Origin: Marispirochaeta sp. | Lineage (GTDB): Bacteria > Spirochaetota > Spirochaetia > JC444 > Marispirochaetaceae | Reading direction: 5' to 3' | DNA: 64,000 nucleotides | Assembly: GCA_963676835.2 (NCBI GenBank) | Contig: CAXXFF010000002.1 | Coordinates: forward strand, 896,001 to 960,000 | Shown here: positions 9,170-18,862 of the stretch, piece by piece | Numbering within the stretch: the first letter of the stretch is position 1 | Layout: each line of letters opens with the position of its first letter | The notes under the pieces: generated by a model | Database searches by the model: none | Seen by the model: the letters and a program-made list of their open reading frames with translations, nothing else | Told to the model about the DNA's origin: nothing | Made by a program: the position numbers and the translations under genes

Positions 9170-9976
9170 TCAGTTACCTCCCTCTTTTTTGGACAGTGCG
9201 CTTTCCCATGGCACCAGCAGTTTCTCAAGCAGCAGAACAAAGCCGAAAAAGCTCATCCCTAAAAGGGCTGCCATAATAACCGATGCCCAGAACAGATGGG
9301 TTCCGTTGGCACCGTAGTAGAGGGTGTAGAGAATCTTTACGCCGATGCCCTTGTCGGTACCTAACATTTCCACCAGAATCGCTGCAGTAATGGAACGGGG
9401 GGCAGCGATTTTCAGACCCACAAAGAGGTTGGGCAGGGTCGAAGGCAGCATCAGCTTGGTGAATACTTCCGGCTTGGTGGCAGCGTAGGAGTACATCAGG
9501 TCGATCTGATCTTTATCCACGCTCTTAAGCCCGCTCAGGGTGTTCACCGTAACAGGAAAGAAGGTAATAAAGGCGGCAATAATAACCCTGGCTGCATCGG
9601 GGCTGCGTACGATACTCCAGATAATCGGTGCCAGACCGAGGATCGGTATCATCTGGGAGATAATCACGTAGGGAAAAGTTACCTTCTCTAGGATCCGGTT
9701 GTAGCTCATGAAAACTGCAACCAGAAATCCGAAACATCCGCCAATCAGAAAGCCGAAGAATGCCTTGGACACGGTAACCAGTCCGGAATCAAGCAGAGAC
9801 CAGAGGTTTGCGATGAATGTGGCAACCACGGTGTGCAGAAAGGGAAGTTTCTGTTTTGCCATGGTGTCATGGATTACATCCTGAAGCAGCCAGGCTCCGG
9901 CTTCCCAGAGCAGAATAATTGCTGCAATCCACACCAGGGTGGTCAGCCATTTCTGGCTGCGGGCATTAATGACCAT
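9170..9976 (-). CDS. ABC permease (SsuC/TauC type)
   Basis: Start reassigned to ATG 9976 after GAGGAGG; QMIPILGLAP, FFPVTVN and LPSTLPNLFVGLK. Confidence 0.9.
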   Translation of the reverse strand: MVINARSQKWLTTLVWIAAIILLWEAGAWLLQDVIHDTMAKQKLPFLHTVVATFIANLWSLLDSGLVTVSKAFFGFLIGGCFGFLVAVFMSYNRILEKVTFPYVIISQMIPILGLAPIIWSIVRSPDAARVIIAAFITFFPVTVNTLSGLKSVDKDQIDLMYSYAATKPEVFTKLMLPSTLPNLFVGLKIAAPRSITAAILVEMLGTDKGIGVKILYTLYYGANGTHLFWASVIMAALLGMSFFGFVLLLEKLLVPWESALSKKEGGN

Positions 9977-10784
9977 TCTCACCCTCCTCAAAGCTGTCAC
10001 GGATTTTTGCAACAAGAGAGTAAAACTCGGGACTATCCCGCATTTCAGCGGTTCTCGGCCGGGGCAGATCAATATCAATTACTGCAGAAAGACGTCCGGG
10101 GTGAGCGGAGAGAACAAATACCTTTTCCGAAAGAAATACTGACTCGGGAATGTTGTGGGTAACGAACAGGATTGTCTTTCCTGTCTTCTGCCAGATCTTC
10201 AGAAGGTCCTCGTTCAGCCGTTCCCGGGTAAACTCGTCCAGAGCGGAGAAAGGTTCGTCCATAAGAAGAATTTCAGGATCCATTGCCAGTGCCCGGGCAA
10301 TACCGACGCGCTGCTGCATTCCACCGGAAAGCTGGTAGGGATGCATATCGGCGCAATGGCTTAATCCCACGAGATCAAGCATTTCCATGGCACGCTCTTC
10401 CTGCTCCTGTTTCTTCCACTTGAGAAGTTCCAGGGGCAGGCAGATATTCTTTTTTACTGTTCGCCAGTCGTACAATACGGGATTCTGGAATACGATTCCA
10501 TACTGGTGCTCCAGTCGGATTTGCCGGGGAGTTTTACCGGAAATAGTAACAATCCCGGAGGTCGGCTTCAGCAGATCTGCGATGATTCTCAGGATGGTGG
10601 TCTTGCCGCAGCCGGAAGGGCCGAGGAGGCTGATGAATTCGCCATTGAGAATATCAAGACTTACACCGTTGAGAGCGGTTGTTACATCCCCATTATTGTT
10701 TGTGTACTTCATTTCAATATTTTTAAGGTGAATGTCGTCTTGTGCTTTCTCTTTTTTCATGGGTTCTGTGCTAACTGTGCTCAT
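9966..10784 (-). CDS. ABC ATP-binding protein (SsuB/TauB type)
   Basis: Walker A GPSGCGKT, signature LSGGMQQR, Walker B LLMDEPF. Confidence 0.95.
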   Translation of the reverse strand: MSTVSTEPMKKEKAQDDIHLKNIEMKYTNNNGDVTTALNGVSLDILNGEFISLLGPSGCGKTTILRIIADLLKPTSGIVTISGKTPRQIRLEHQYGIVFQNPVLYDWRTVKKNICLPLELLKWKKQEQEERAMEMLDLVGLSHCADMHPYQLSGGMQQRVGIARALAMDPEILLMDEPFSALDEFTRERLNEDLLKIWQKTGKTILFVTHNIPESVFLSEKVFVLSAHPGRLSAVIDIDLPRPRTAEMRDSPEFYSLVAKIRDSFEEGENGH

Positions 10785-11718
10785 AACCTGACCTCGTGCT
10801 GAGATTTTTCCACTCCGGGCTGGAGAGGATTTCCTTGTACATTTTTACGTATAAATCCGGACGCCAGTCGGGCTCTCCGATTTTTTCATTATGTTTGAAC
10901 AGGTGGGTAAAGGTGTTGTGCTCCGAAAGGCTTAAATCGATGGATGCACTGTACATCTCATGGGAATCGCTCCCTTCTGCGTAAAAGGGGAAGCCGGCGA
11001 AGTATTTCACATCGCCGATGTTGCCTGCGGGGCCTGCTATACTGCTGCCGCCGATAAAGTAATTCTCCCTGTCCCATCCGGTGAGATTGGCGGAAGCAAC
11101 GTATATGGGGCTGGTAATTACCAGGGATTCCAGCTGGGTCTGAACCATTCTGCCTGGAACTGCTGATGCGCAGCAGGCAGTAGGGTTTATAAAAAGTCTG
11201 CAGCCTTTAGCCGATGCCCAGCGGACTATTTCGGGGAAGGCATAAAAGTCGTAACAGATCCCAATTCCCATCGGTCCCCAGGGGGTATCAAATACAGTCG
11301 GGTAATCACCTCTGGTGGCCCAGGTGGGTTCGTTCTCCGGGAGATGAAGCTTGCGGCAGCTGCTTATTGATCCGTCGGGAGAACAGATTGCTGCCGAGTT
11401 GTACACGGTGGCGGGATTATTTTTATCCTGCTCGGGCAGGCCGAAAACAACGTAGATGCCGTATTCTGCTGCCAGTTTTGAAACCGCAAGAGTTGATTCG
11501 CCCGGTACGGTTTCTGCCAGCCGGACATGCATTTTACTGTTGAACTCAACTTCCGGTTCCGGATCGTAGCCGGACAGAGCCAGTTCGGGAAGGATAATCA
11601 TATCGGAACCAGATCTGGCGGCAGCTTTCACATAACTGCAGATTCGTTCCAGATTGACTTCCCTGTTACCCCAGATTGCTCTGAAATTAACTACCGAAAG
11701 GTTGATCACATGTTCCAT
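10771..11718 (-). CDS. Carbon-nitrogen hydrolase (nitrilase superfamily)
   Basis: Catalytic triad LPEL / RKLHL / GICYD; start ATG 11718 after GGAGG. Confidence 0.9.
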   Translation of the reverse strand: MEHVINLSVVNFRAIWGNREVNLERICSYVKAAARSGSDMIILPELALSGYDPEPEVEFNSKMHVRLAETVPGESTLAVSKLAAEYGIYVVFGLPEQDKNNPATVYNSAAICSPDGSISSCRKLHLPENEPTWATRGDYPTVFDTPWGPMGIGICYDFYAFPEIVRWASAKGCRLFINPTACCASAVPGRMVQTQLESLVITSPIYVASANLTGWDRENYFIGGSSIAGPAGNIGDVKYFAGFPFYAEGSDSHEMYSASIDLSLSEHNTFTHLFKHNEKIGEPDWRPDLYVKMYKEILSSPEWKNLSTRSGYEHS

Positions 11719-11785
11719 ACGGACCCGGTTCCTCCAAGCATACATAAAGGTAGCCTTCCCGGCATTAACCTTCATTCAGGAACCG

Positions 11786-11827
11786 ATACTATGGATTTGG
11801 GATTGCATTCAAAAGGACATGTGTCCT
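11786..11827 (-). promoter_or_regulatory. Candidate Crp/Fnr class II promoter of the nitrilase-ABC operon
   Basis: Perfect palindrome AGGACA-tg-TGTCCT at 11814-11827. A -10 TAGTAT at 11791-11786 puts its centre at -41.5. Confidence 0.6.
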
Positions 11828-11926
11828 GATTTATAAAAATATTTTACAAAAATGAAAATGAAAAATACCTTTAAGTATAATACTTGTAAAAAATATACGT
11901 AAATGTAAAAGATTTAAAAATTTAAC

Positions 11927-12637
11927 CTATAATTCAGCTTCTTCTATCATTGAAGAGAGTAAATCATACTGTTTTTGATTGATTGATATGTAGTGACCAT
12001 GCTGGGATATAACATTTTTCTTCTTCATTTTATTGATACAGCGGTTAACAGTTTTGACACTTATGCGGGTTTCATCGGCAAGCTGGTGCCGGGGGATCTT
12101 CAGAGTACATACCCCGTTAACCGATTGGGTCTCAAAATAATGGATAAACTGGTATGCCAGACGGATCTCTCCGGGAAAGAAGAGAAAGGTCCGGTCTTTT
12201 GATACCTGCCGGATAATGGTTTTGACGTAATTGGTAGTAAAGGTGAAAAGCGCTGAATTGCTTGCTTTCATCCACTGAATAAATTTATCCGCAGGAATTG
12301 AAATAAAATAGCAGCGGGTTTCGCACACTATTGATCCCCGGTAAAGGGGAATTTCGGCAAAGCATTCTGCGGCACCGATAAAGTGGGGAGGTTCCACCTT
12401 GTCGATGGTGTAGAGTATCCCGTTCTGCAGCTCATTTTCTATGCGTATTGTTCCTTCCAGGAGAATAATTACCGTATCACAGGGATCTCCGGAGTAGATA
12501 AGAAAGGAATCGGTTTCAGCTGAATCAAACTGGCTTGCCGAGGCGACGGCCGGGGGCATTGTATCAATCAGATTTGTGATAAAGACAGCGACTGATTTAC
12601 AGCGAATATGTGAAGCAGCTTTTGCCTTTAAATCCAT
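11927..12637 (-). CDS. Crp/Fnr family transcriptional regulator
   Basis: N-terminal cNMP-binding-like barrel; C-terminal HTH RHQLADETRISVKTVNRCI. Confidence 0.88.
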   Translation of the reverse strand: MDLKAKAASHIRCKSVAVFITNLIDTMPPAVASASQFDSAETDSFLIYSGDPCDTVIILLEGTIRIENELQNGILYTIDKVEPPHFIGAAECFAEIPLYRGSIVCETRCYFISIPADKFIQWMKASNSALFTFTTNYVKTIIRQVSKDRTFLFFPGEIRLAYQFIHYFETQSVNGVCTLKIPRHQLADETRISVKTVNRCINKMKKKNVISQHGHYISINQKQYDLLSSMIEEAEL

Positions 12638-12716
12638 CCTGAGTGTTCCAACCTCGCTTCTAATTTAATCTTAACAAAAACAGGAGGAGATTACTACATC
12701 AGGATGGATTAACCGG

Positions 12717-13481
12717 CTATTTTGTCTCTTTTCCGATAACAATACGAAAGGCTTCGATGGCTGTTTTTATGGCCTGTTCCGTATCGGTTACCCGGATAAT
12801 GCCGCTGTTTTCCAGCATTTCCCGTTCCTTGTTCCGGCACAGGAGAAGAACTGTTGCACAGCGGACCCGAAGTACAGAAGCAACAATAAACAAAGTTGCA
12901 GATTCCATTTCCGAGGCTAACGCGCCGGCCCGTTTCCAGGCTTCCCATTTATAGAGCAGCTCTGGTGCAGTGGGCATCCGGTCGGGATTATGCTGTCCGT
13001 AATAGGAGTCCTTGCACTCAACAATGCCGGTAAAGCTTGGGTATTTCAACTTCTCCGCAGATTCAATAAGGGCGGAGACCAGTCCATGGTCGGCAACAGC
13101 GGGAAACTCAATGGGGACATACTCGTTGCCCGTACCGTCTTTGCGGATGGCTCCGGTGGGAATTATGAGGCTGCCGGGGTCTATGGTGCTGTCTATTGCA
13201 CCGCTTGTTCCTACACGGATAAAGGTATGGGCGCCGAGCATTACCAGCTCTTCCATGGCAATCGATGCCGAAGGTCCTCCGATTCCTGTACTGGTAACGC
13301 TAACCCGGGTGCCGTCGATGATGCCGGTATAGGTAACGTACTCTCTTTTTGTGGCTATATGCACAGGATTTTCGAGTTGTGCAGCGATCTGTTCTACTCT
13401 GCCGGGATCTCCGGTGAGAATAACATAGCCCCCGATTTCCCCTTTGGCGCAGCCTATGTGGTGCATTCGCTCTATGTCCAT
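12717..13481 (-). CDS. udp: Uridine phosphorylase
   Basis: HHIG, GDPGR, STGIGGPS, RVGTSG, KDSYYGQH and EMESA motifs; start reassigned to ATG 13481. Confidence 0.9.
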   Translation of the reverse strand: MDIERMHHIGCAKGEIGGYVILTGDPGRVEQIAAQLENPVHIATKREYVTYTGIIDGTRVSVTSTGIGGPSASIAMEELVMLGAHTFIRVGTSGAIDSTIDPGSLIIPTGAIRKDGTGNEYVPIEFPAVADHGLVSALIESAEKLKYPSFTGIVECKDSYYGQHNPDRMPTAPELLYKWEAWKRAGALASEMESATLFIVASVLRVRCATVLLLCRNKEREMLENSGIIRVTDTEQAIKTAIEAFRIVIGKETK

Positions 13482-13548
13482 TTTTCCCAATACTCCAGAA
13501 TATGCGTTATTTTTTTGAAGAACTGAAAGTTCCTCAGCATGTATCAAC

Positions 13549-13619
13549 AGTATAAAAGTGAAAAAAAGATTTGAAAAAGGCCATTTGACCTTTTTAGCCT
13601 GTTTGTTATACCGTACTTT
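13549..13619. promoter_or_regulatory. Divergent promoters sharing one candidate Crp/Fnr site
   Basis: AGGCCA-tt-TGACCT at 13578-13591 inside a longer inverted repeat. -10 TACTTT (+, 13614-13619) and -10 TATACT (-, 13554-13549) flank it almost symmetrically. Confidence 0.55.
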
Positions 13620-13666
13620 CATTGCAGAATCTTCAAAAAATATCACTTGTAGGGAGAGGATTAACA

Positions 13667-14287
13667 ATGGATACCACCACCAAGAAGTATTCTATCAAGA
13701 CTGATTTCACCATGCTGTCGATTCTGCTTGTACCAATAGCAGTCGCACTCAACTTTATCGGCTCGCAGATTGCTCACGCACTGAAGCTGCCGCTGTATCT
13801 CGATACAATCGGTACGGTTCTGGTTGCTCTGCTTTGTGGCCCCTGGGTCGGTGCTCTAGGCGGACTTCTTACCAATCTTATGACAGGAATTACCAACCCC
13901 GTCAGTATCGCCTTCGCTCCGGTAAACATTGCCGTAGGCCTTGTTACAGGTTACCTTGCCCGGAAGAACATGTTCAGTGTCTGGTGGAAATGGGTAATCT
14001 CCATGATCCTCATGGCCCTTGCATCCCTTATTGTTGCAACTCCTATCGTTGTAATAGTTTTCGGTGGTGTTACCGGATCAGGATCTTCTCTTATCGCTGC
14101 TACAATGATGGCTTCCGGAACAAAGGTTCTGAAGGCGGTTCTCAGTACAGAACTTGTATTTACCTGTACAGACCGGGCTATAGCCTTCTTTATAACCTGG
14201 CTTGTTGTGCGGGTAATTCCTGCCAGAACACTGGTTAAGTACCCCTGCGGGGAAAACTATATCAAAACCGTGCCTGAAGAGGCTTAA
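13667..14287 (+). CDS. ECF transporter S component
   Basis: LKLPLYLDTIGT..ALLCGPWVG motif; hydrophobic; precedes the T and A components. Confidence 0.88.
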   Translation: MDTTTKKYSIKTDFTMLSILLVPIAVALNFIGSQIAHALKLPLYLDTIGTVLVALLCGPWVGALGGLLTNLMTGITNPVSIAFAPVNIAVGLVTGYLARKNMFSVWWKWVISMILMALASLIVATPIVVIVFGGVTGSGSSLIAATMMASGTKVLKAVLSTELVFTCTDRAIAFFITWLVVRVIPARTLVKYPCGENYIKTVPEEA

Positions 14288-14381
14288 GCTTCTGCGGTAG
14301 TAGGTGTAAGGAGCATATTGATGTACTCGGACACGGCAATTAAAGGAGTTCCAGGTAGATGGACTGCAGGGACGGTGAAAT

Positions 14382-15173
14382 ATGTATAGAGATCGTCTGC
14401 AGCTGAACAAAAAGAATGTTCTGGCTGCCCTGTATCCAACGGCAAAACTCTGGATAGTCCTGCTGTATTGTCTGAGTACATTGATCCTTGCATCAATTAC
14501 CTATCACGGCTTTCCCGTATACCTGGCTGCTTTCTACCTGTGTATACCGGTACTTTTCATAGCCAGCGGGATTGCCAATAAGCTGATCAAACTGTTTCTG
14601 CCGGTCTACTGGCTGGCGGGGGCAATCTTTTTTGTACAGACCTTTGTTATTCCCGGAGAAGCGGTTTTATACCAGTTCAAGTTCATCAGGATTTATACCT
14701 TCGGTATGCAGCACGGGATGTTTCTCTGTTTTCTTATTCTGAACTTTGCGGGGATAATTCTCTGGATGTTTCAAACAACCGAACATCGTGAACTATCCCG
14801 GGCTATGGAAAAGAGCGGAATGAGCGATAAGGCAGCCTTTGTCTTTCTCTCTACCCTTCAGATGATTGAGATTCTGGGCAGTAAATCAAAGGTTATTATG
14901 AATGCCCAGCGGGCCAGAGGCGTAGAAACGGAAGGGAATATGATTGTCCGCTTCAAGGCCTTTGTTCCGGCTCTTATCCCGCTTGTTCTTGGAGCCATTA
15001 CCAATACCGAGGAGAGGGTTCTTACCCTTGAGTGCCGGGGATTTGATGTAGTTGGAAAAAAGACCCGTCTCTTCGATATCAGAAAATCCGGAAGAGAAGG
15101 TGTTGCAATAGCTTTTGCTTTACTTGTGTTTATCGCCATAGCAGCATGGAGGATTGTTCTGTGGATACTGTAA
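14382..15173 (+). CDS. ecfT: ECF transporter T component
   Basis: LYPTAKL, AQRARG and LECRGF coupling motifs. Confidence 0.9.
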   Translation: MYRDRLQLNKKNVLAALYPTAKLWIVLLYCLSTLILASITYHGFPVYLAAFYLCIPVLFIASGIANKLIKLFLPVYWLAGAIFFVQTFVIPGEAVLYQFKFIRIYTFGMQHGMFLCFLILNFAGIILWMFQTTEHRELSRAMEKSGMSDKAAFVFLSTLQMIEILGSKSKVIMNAQRARGVETEGNMIVRFKAFVPALIPLVLGAITNTEERVLTLECRGFDVVGKKTRLFDIRKSGREGVAIAFALLVFIAIAAWRIVLWIL

Positions 15174-16024
15174 TTGAACTGAAAGGGGTCAGATACTGTT
15201 ATCCTCTCTGCAAAACTCCTGCAATTAATGACTTCAATATCAGTATTGAGCGGGGAAAATTCTACGGGGTTGTCGGAGCAAACGGATCGGGAAAAACAAC
15301 CCTGTGTTCACTTATCCGTGGATTCGCACCGGATTTCTACAAGGGCAAGCTTGAAGGCGAAGTTCTCGTGGAAGGAAAACCGACGGTTGACTACGGCCCC
15401 GGTGAGCTTGCACTGAAGATCGGCTATGTCTTCCAGAATCCTTTTACCCAGATAAGCGGTGTTAAAGGAACTGTTTTTGAGGAAGTAGCCTTCGGTCTGG
15501 AGAACTTCGGTGTTGACCTGGATGAAATCGAAGAGCGGGTAATCCGGGTAATGAAGCTGACGGACATTTTTCACCTGGCTGAAAAGAATCCCTTTGAGCT
15601 TTCCGGAGGTCAGCAGCAGAGAATGGCCCTTGCTTCGGCTATCGTACTCGAGCCGGATATCTTTATTATTGATGAGCCTACATCACAGCTGGACCCGGAA
15701 GGTACGGAAAGTGTATTCCGGATTATCAGCGATATGAAGGACGATAAGAAAACGGTGATTCTGGTCGAGCATAAGGTGGACCTTATTGCCGAGTATGCTG
15801 ACGAAGTCTTGGTCCTCGACGGCGGAGAATTGATTGCATCTGGACCCACTCAGGATATTCTCTCCGATATTTCGCTGCTGGACAGGAATATTGAGATCCC
15901 GCAGGTGGCCATGCTCGGCAACGAACTGGTTAAGAGAGGTCTTTCTCTTGACTACATACCGATAACACAGCAGCAGGCTGAGGATGTAATCGGCAAAGCA
16001 ATCAAGCAGAGAGGTGCTGTTTAA
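15161..16024 (+). CDS. ecfA: ECF ATPase
   Basis: GANGSGKT, FQNP, LSGGQQQR and DEPT; GTG start after GGAGG. Confidence 0.92.
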   Translation: MDTVIELKGVRYCYPLCKTPAINDFNISIERGKFYGVVGANGSGKTTLCSLIRGFAPDFYKGKLEGEVLVEGKPTVDYGPGELALKIGYVFQNPFTQISGVKGTVFEEVAFGLENFGVDLDEIEERVIRVMKLTDIFHLAEKNPFELSGGQQQRMALASAIVLEPDIFIIDEPTSQLDPEGTESVFRIISDMKDDKKTVILVEHKVDLIAEYADEVLVLDGGELIASGPTQDILSDISLLDRNIEIPQVAMLGNELVKRGLSLDYIPITQQQAEDVIGKAIKQRGAV

Positions 16025-16839
16025 TGTCCTACATCAAGCTTTCCAATACCAGTTTTTCCTATCCCAACGGCTATCTTGCGGTGGATTCAATCAACCTGGA
16101 AATTGAGCAGGGTGAAAATATTGCCATCGTCGGACAGAATGGAGCGGGAAAAACAACTACAGTCAAAATGCTGAACGGACTGCTGCTTCCTTCTTCCGGA
16201 GATGTTGTTGTCGCAGATCAGAATACCCGGGAGTATACCACTGCCCAGATGAGCAGGCTCGTGGGCTATGTTTTCCAGAACCCCGATGATCAGATTTTTC
16301 ACTCCACCATTTATGATGAGGTTGCATTCGGCCCGAAAAAGCTGAGACGTGAACCCGAGTGGACCGAAAGAATGGTCCTGGAGGCCCTGGAAATTACCGG
16401 CATGCTGGATAAGAAGGATGAAAATCCCTACGATCTACCCTTTTCCACCAGGAAGTTTGTTACTATAGCCGCGATTATCGCCATGGATTCCCCGGTAATG
16501 GTTTTCGATGAGCCCACCGCGGGTCAGGATATTGTGGGTAACCGGCAGCTTGAGGCTATTCTGCATAAGCTTAAGGCAAAAGGAAAAACCCTTATAACCA
16601 TTTCCCACGATATGGAGTTTGTGGCGAAGAATTTCTCACGGGTAGTTGTTATGGCAAACAAACAGATTGTACGAACCGGTTCTCCCCGTTCGATCTTCTG
16701 GGACTTCGAGGCCATGGAAACGGCAATGATAAAGCAGCCTTATATCAGCGAACTCTGCAGGCGTCTGAAGATTGGTGATCAGCCGGTGCTGATGAACGAT
16801 GCGTTAGAGGCTATTCTGGGCTCTGCAGGAATCACATAG
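16024..16839 (+). CDS. ecfA: ECF ATPase (degenerate signature LPFSTRK)
   Basis: GQNGAGKT, FQNPDDQ, DEPTAGQD and SHDM. Confidence 0.92.
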   Translation: MSYIKLSNTSFSYPNGYLAVDSINLEIEQGENIAIVGQNGAGKTTTVKMLNGLLLPSSGDVVVADQNTREYTTAQMSRLVGYVFQNPDDQIFHSTIYDEVAFGPKKLRREPEWTERMVLEALEITGMLDKKDENPYDLPFSTRKFVTIAAIIAMDSPVMVFDEPTAGQDIVGNRQLEAILHKLKAKGKTLITISHDMEFVAKNFSRVVVMANKQIVRTGSPRSIFWDFEAMETAMIKQPYISELCRRLKIGDQPVLMNDALEAILGSAGIT

Positions 16840-16881
16840 CCGTATAGATTTTTTCACTGTATTTATCTATCTTCATCTTAT

Positions 16882-18378
16882 ATGCGCATAACCCTGCTTA
16901 CTCTTAATATTCCGGAAAGCCGCTGGCAGGTTCCTTACGCTGCGGCGCGGCTAAGGGCTGCAGCGGAAGGGCTGTCCGACGTTCATATTTCCCTGATAAC
17001 CGGCACAACAGATGACACCGTGGAAGATCTTTTGCAGAGGATCGTTGCGCAAAGGCCGGCGCTTGTCGGGTTCTCCCTCTACGTCTGGAACCATTCCCTG
17101 GCAATTCAGCTGGCCGAAGGTCTTCGTGCCTCCATCCCCGGTGTTATGCTGATTGCCGGCGGTCCGGAGGCCGGATTTCTCTCCACGATAGAGCAGGAAG
17201 TTTTTAACACGGTAGTGACCGGAGAGGGCGAGGAGGCTTTTATTCAGATTGTTTCCTCCCTGGTTTCTGATGCAGAAAAACCATCAGGAAGGCTCATGTC
17301 CGGAGGTGTGGTATCATCGCCGCAAAATCTCGTTTCTCCTTATATCTCAGGTATACTTAACTCTGCTGATTATCCCGATCTTCTCTGGGAGCTTTCCCGG
17401 GGCTGTCCCTACAACTGCGCTTTTTGCTACGAGTCCCGGGGCGAAAAAGGGGTTCGCTTCTTTTCCTCCGAGACTGCCGCTGCCGAACTGGAGCTCTTTC
17501 AATCCTCCGGGGTAGAGCATGTTTTTGTGCTGGATCCCACCTTCAATTTCAATCGCCCCCGGGCTAAAGATATTCTCAGGCTGATAGCAGAAAAGGCGCC
17601 GGATGTTCATTTTGTAATTGAAGTCAGGGCGGAACTGCTGGATGAAGAGACGGTTGAACTTTTTTCCCGGATAAACTGTTCACTTCAGATTGGCATACAG
17701 AGTGTGCATCCCGAGGTTCTCAGGCTGATTAACCGCAATATGGATGCCCGCCGCTTTGTAGAGAATGTAGAGCTTCTGAATGAGTACGGTATTATCTTCG
17801 GCTTTGATCTTATATACGGGCTCCCCGGAGACAGTCCGTCGGGGTTTTTCGAGAGCTTTGACGGCGCCATGGCACTGCTTCCCAACCATCTGGATATTTT
17901 TCCTCTTTCCGTGCTTCCCGGAACGGATCTTCATGAACGGGCGGCTTCACTGGGCCTTAAAGCCATGAAGCACAATCCCTATACCCTTATTACTGCTCCG
18001 GGTTTTTCCGAAGGGGAGATGGCTTTTCTGACTGACTTTGCCGCCCTGTTTGATGCCTTCTATAATCAGGGTAAGGCTGTACCGTGGTTCAATCTGATCA
18101 CTGAGTATCTTGAGCTTTCCCCTTCGGAGGTCTTCCGCCGTTTTACAGGCTTTCATGCCGGGGAAGATACCCTTTTGGAATGGCAGCTTTCCCTGATAAG
18201 TCAACTTTTCTCTGACTGTAATAAAGAGTCCGGTACTGCTCCGGCTCTGGATATGATCCGTCTATTTTCCGATGAGCCAACTCTGTTCTTTGATGCCGGG
18301 GATCTTCTGGATCACCTTGAACAGGGCGTTACCGATTTTGATGAGCTTGCATACTTTGTAGCACCCCTGGAGACATAA
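16882..18378 (+). CDS. B12-binding-domain radical SAM protein
   Basis: GFSLYVWN, GGPE, GEGE, then SRGCPYNCAFC (CxxxCxxC) and IYGLPG. Confidence 0.9.
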   Translation: MRITLLTLNIPESRWQVPYAAARLRAAAEGLSDVHISLITGTTDDTVEDLLQRIVAQRPALVGFSLYVWNHSLAIQLAEGLRASIPGVMLIAGGPEAGFLSTIEQEVFNTVVTGEGEEAFIQIVSSLVSDAEKPSGRLMSGGVVSSPQNLVSPYISGILNSADYPDLLWELSRGCPYNCAFCYESRGEKGVRFFSSETAAAELELFQSSGVEHVFVLDPTFNFNRPRAKDILRLIAEKAPDVHFVIEVRAELLDEETVELFSRINCSLQIGIQSVHPEVLRLINRNMDARRFVENVELLNEYGIIFGFDLIYGLPGDSPSGFFESFDGAMALLPNHLDIFPLSVLPGTDLHERAASLGLKAMKHNPYTLITAPGFSEGEMAFLTDFAALFDAFYNQGKAVPWFNLITEYLELSPSEVFRRFTGFHAGEDTLLEWQLSLISQLFSDCNKESGTAPALDMIRLFSDEPTLFFDAGDLLDHLEQGVTDFDELAYFVAPLET

Positions 18379-18430
18379 GGTCGTATCCTGCGATTTGCAT
18401 TCCTGCTTTCTGTAAATAATAATTTTCATT

Positions 18431-18862
18431 ATGGATAGTACTCACGACTCGGATAAGCGGTCTCTTGTCAGGCGGCATCTGCTTGTCTATCTGGAAGTTG
18501 TCGATTCTGATACAGGATCCTCCCTGGGAAGAATCGGTGACCTCAACCGTTCAGGATTCCTGCTCCTCTCAACCATCCCTTTCGATCCCGGTCTTGCAAT
18601 ATCCGCGGGGATCAATCTGCCCAAACAGATGGATTTCTCTATGACCCGGCTTGATCTTACCTTTCGTGTCCGCTGGTGCCGAAGGGACGCCCGGCCTGGC
18701 AGCTGGATCTGCGGCTGTGAATTATTCAACACCGACAGTGATGCGCTTGATATTATCGATACCCTTGTCGGCCGGCTGGGATTCTCCGACGGGACCCGCC
18801 GTATTTTTCTTAAAAACGATCAGAATATTTTTCTCGATACAGACATTCCTACGGGAGAATAG
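18431..18862 (+). CDS. Single-domain PilZ protein
   Basis: RxxxR (KRSLVRR) and D/NxSxxG-like (DLNRSG) motifs, plus VRWC. Confidence 0.8.
   Translation: MDSTHDSDKRSLVRRHLLVYLEVVDSDTGSSLGRIGDLNRSGFLLLSTIPFDPGLAISAGINLPKQMDFSMTRLDLTFRVRWCRRDARPGSWICGCELFNTDSDALDIIDTLVGRLGFSDGTRRIFLKNDQNIFLDTDIPTGE

Noticed and set aside
14321..14389. 22-codon ORF with an AAGGAG RBS between the ECF S and T genes
   Set aside because: No recognisable features and too short to support without conservation or Ribo-seq data.
16882..18378. Radical SAM gene as part of the chemosensory operon or a RiPP cluster
   Set aside because: A separate promoter-like sequence precedes pilZ and no precursor peptide gene is visible.
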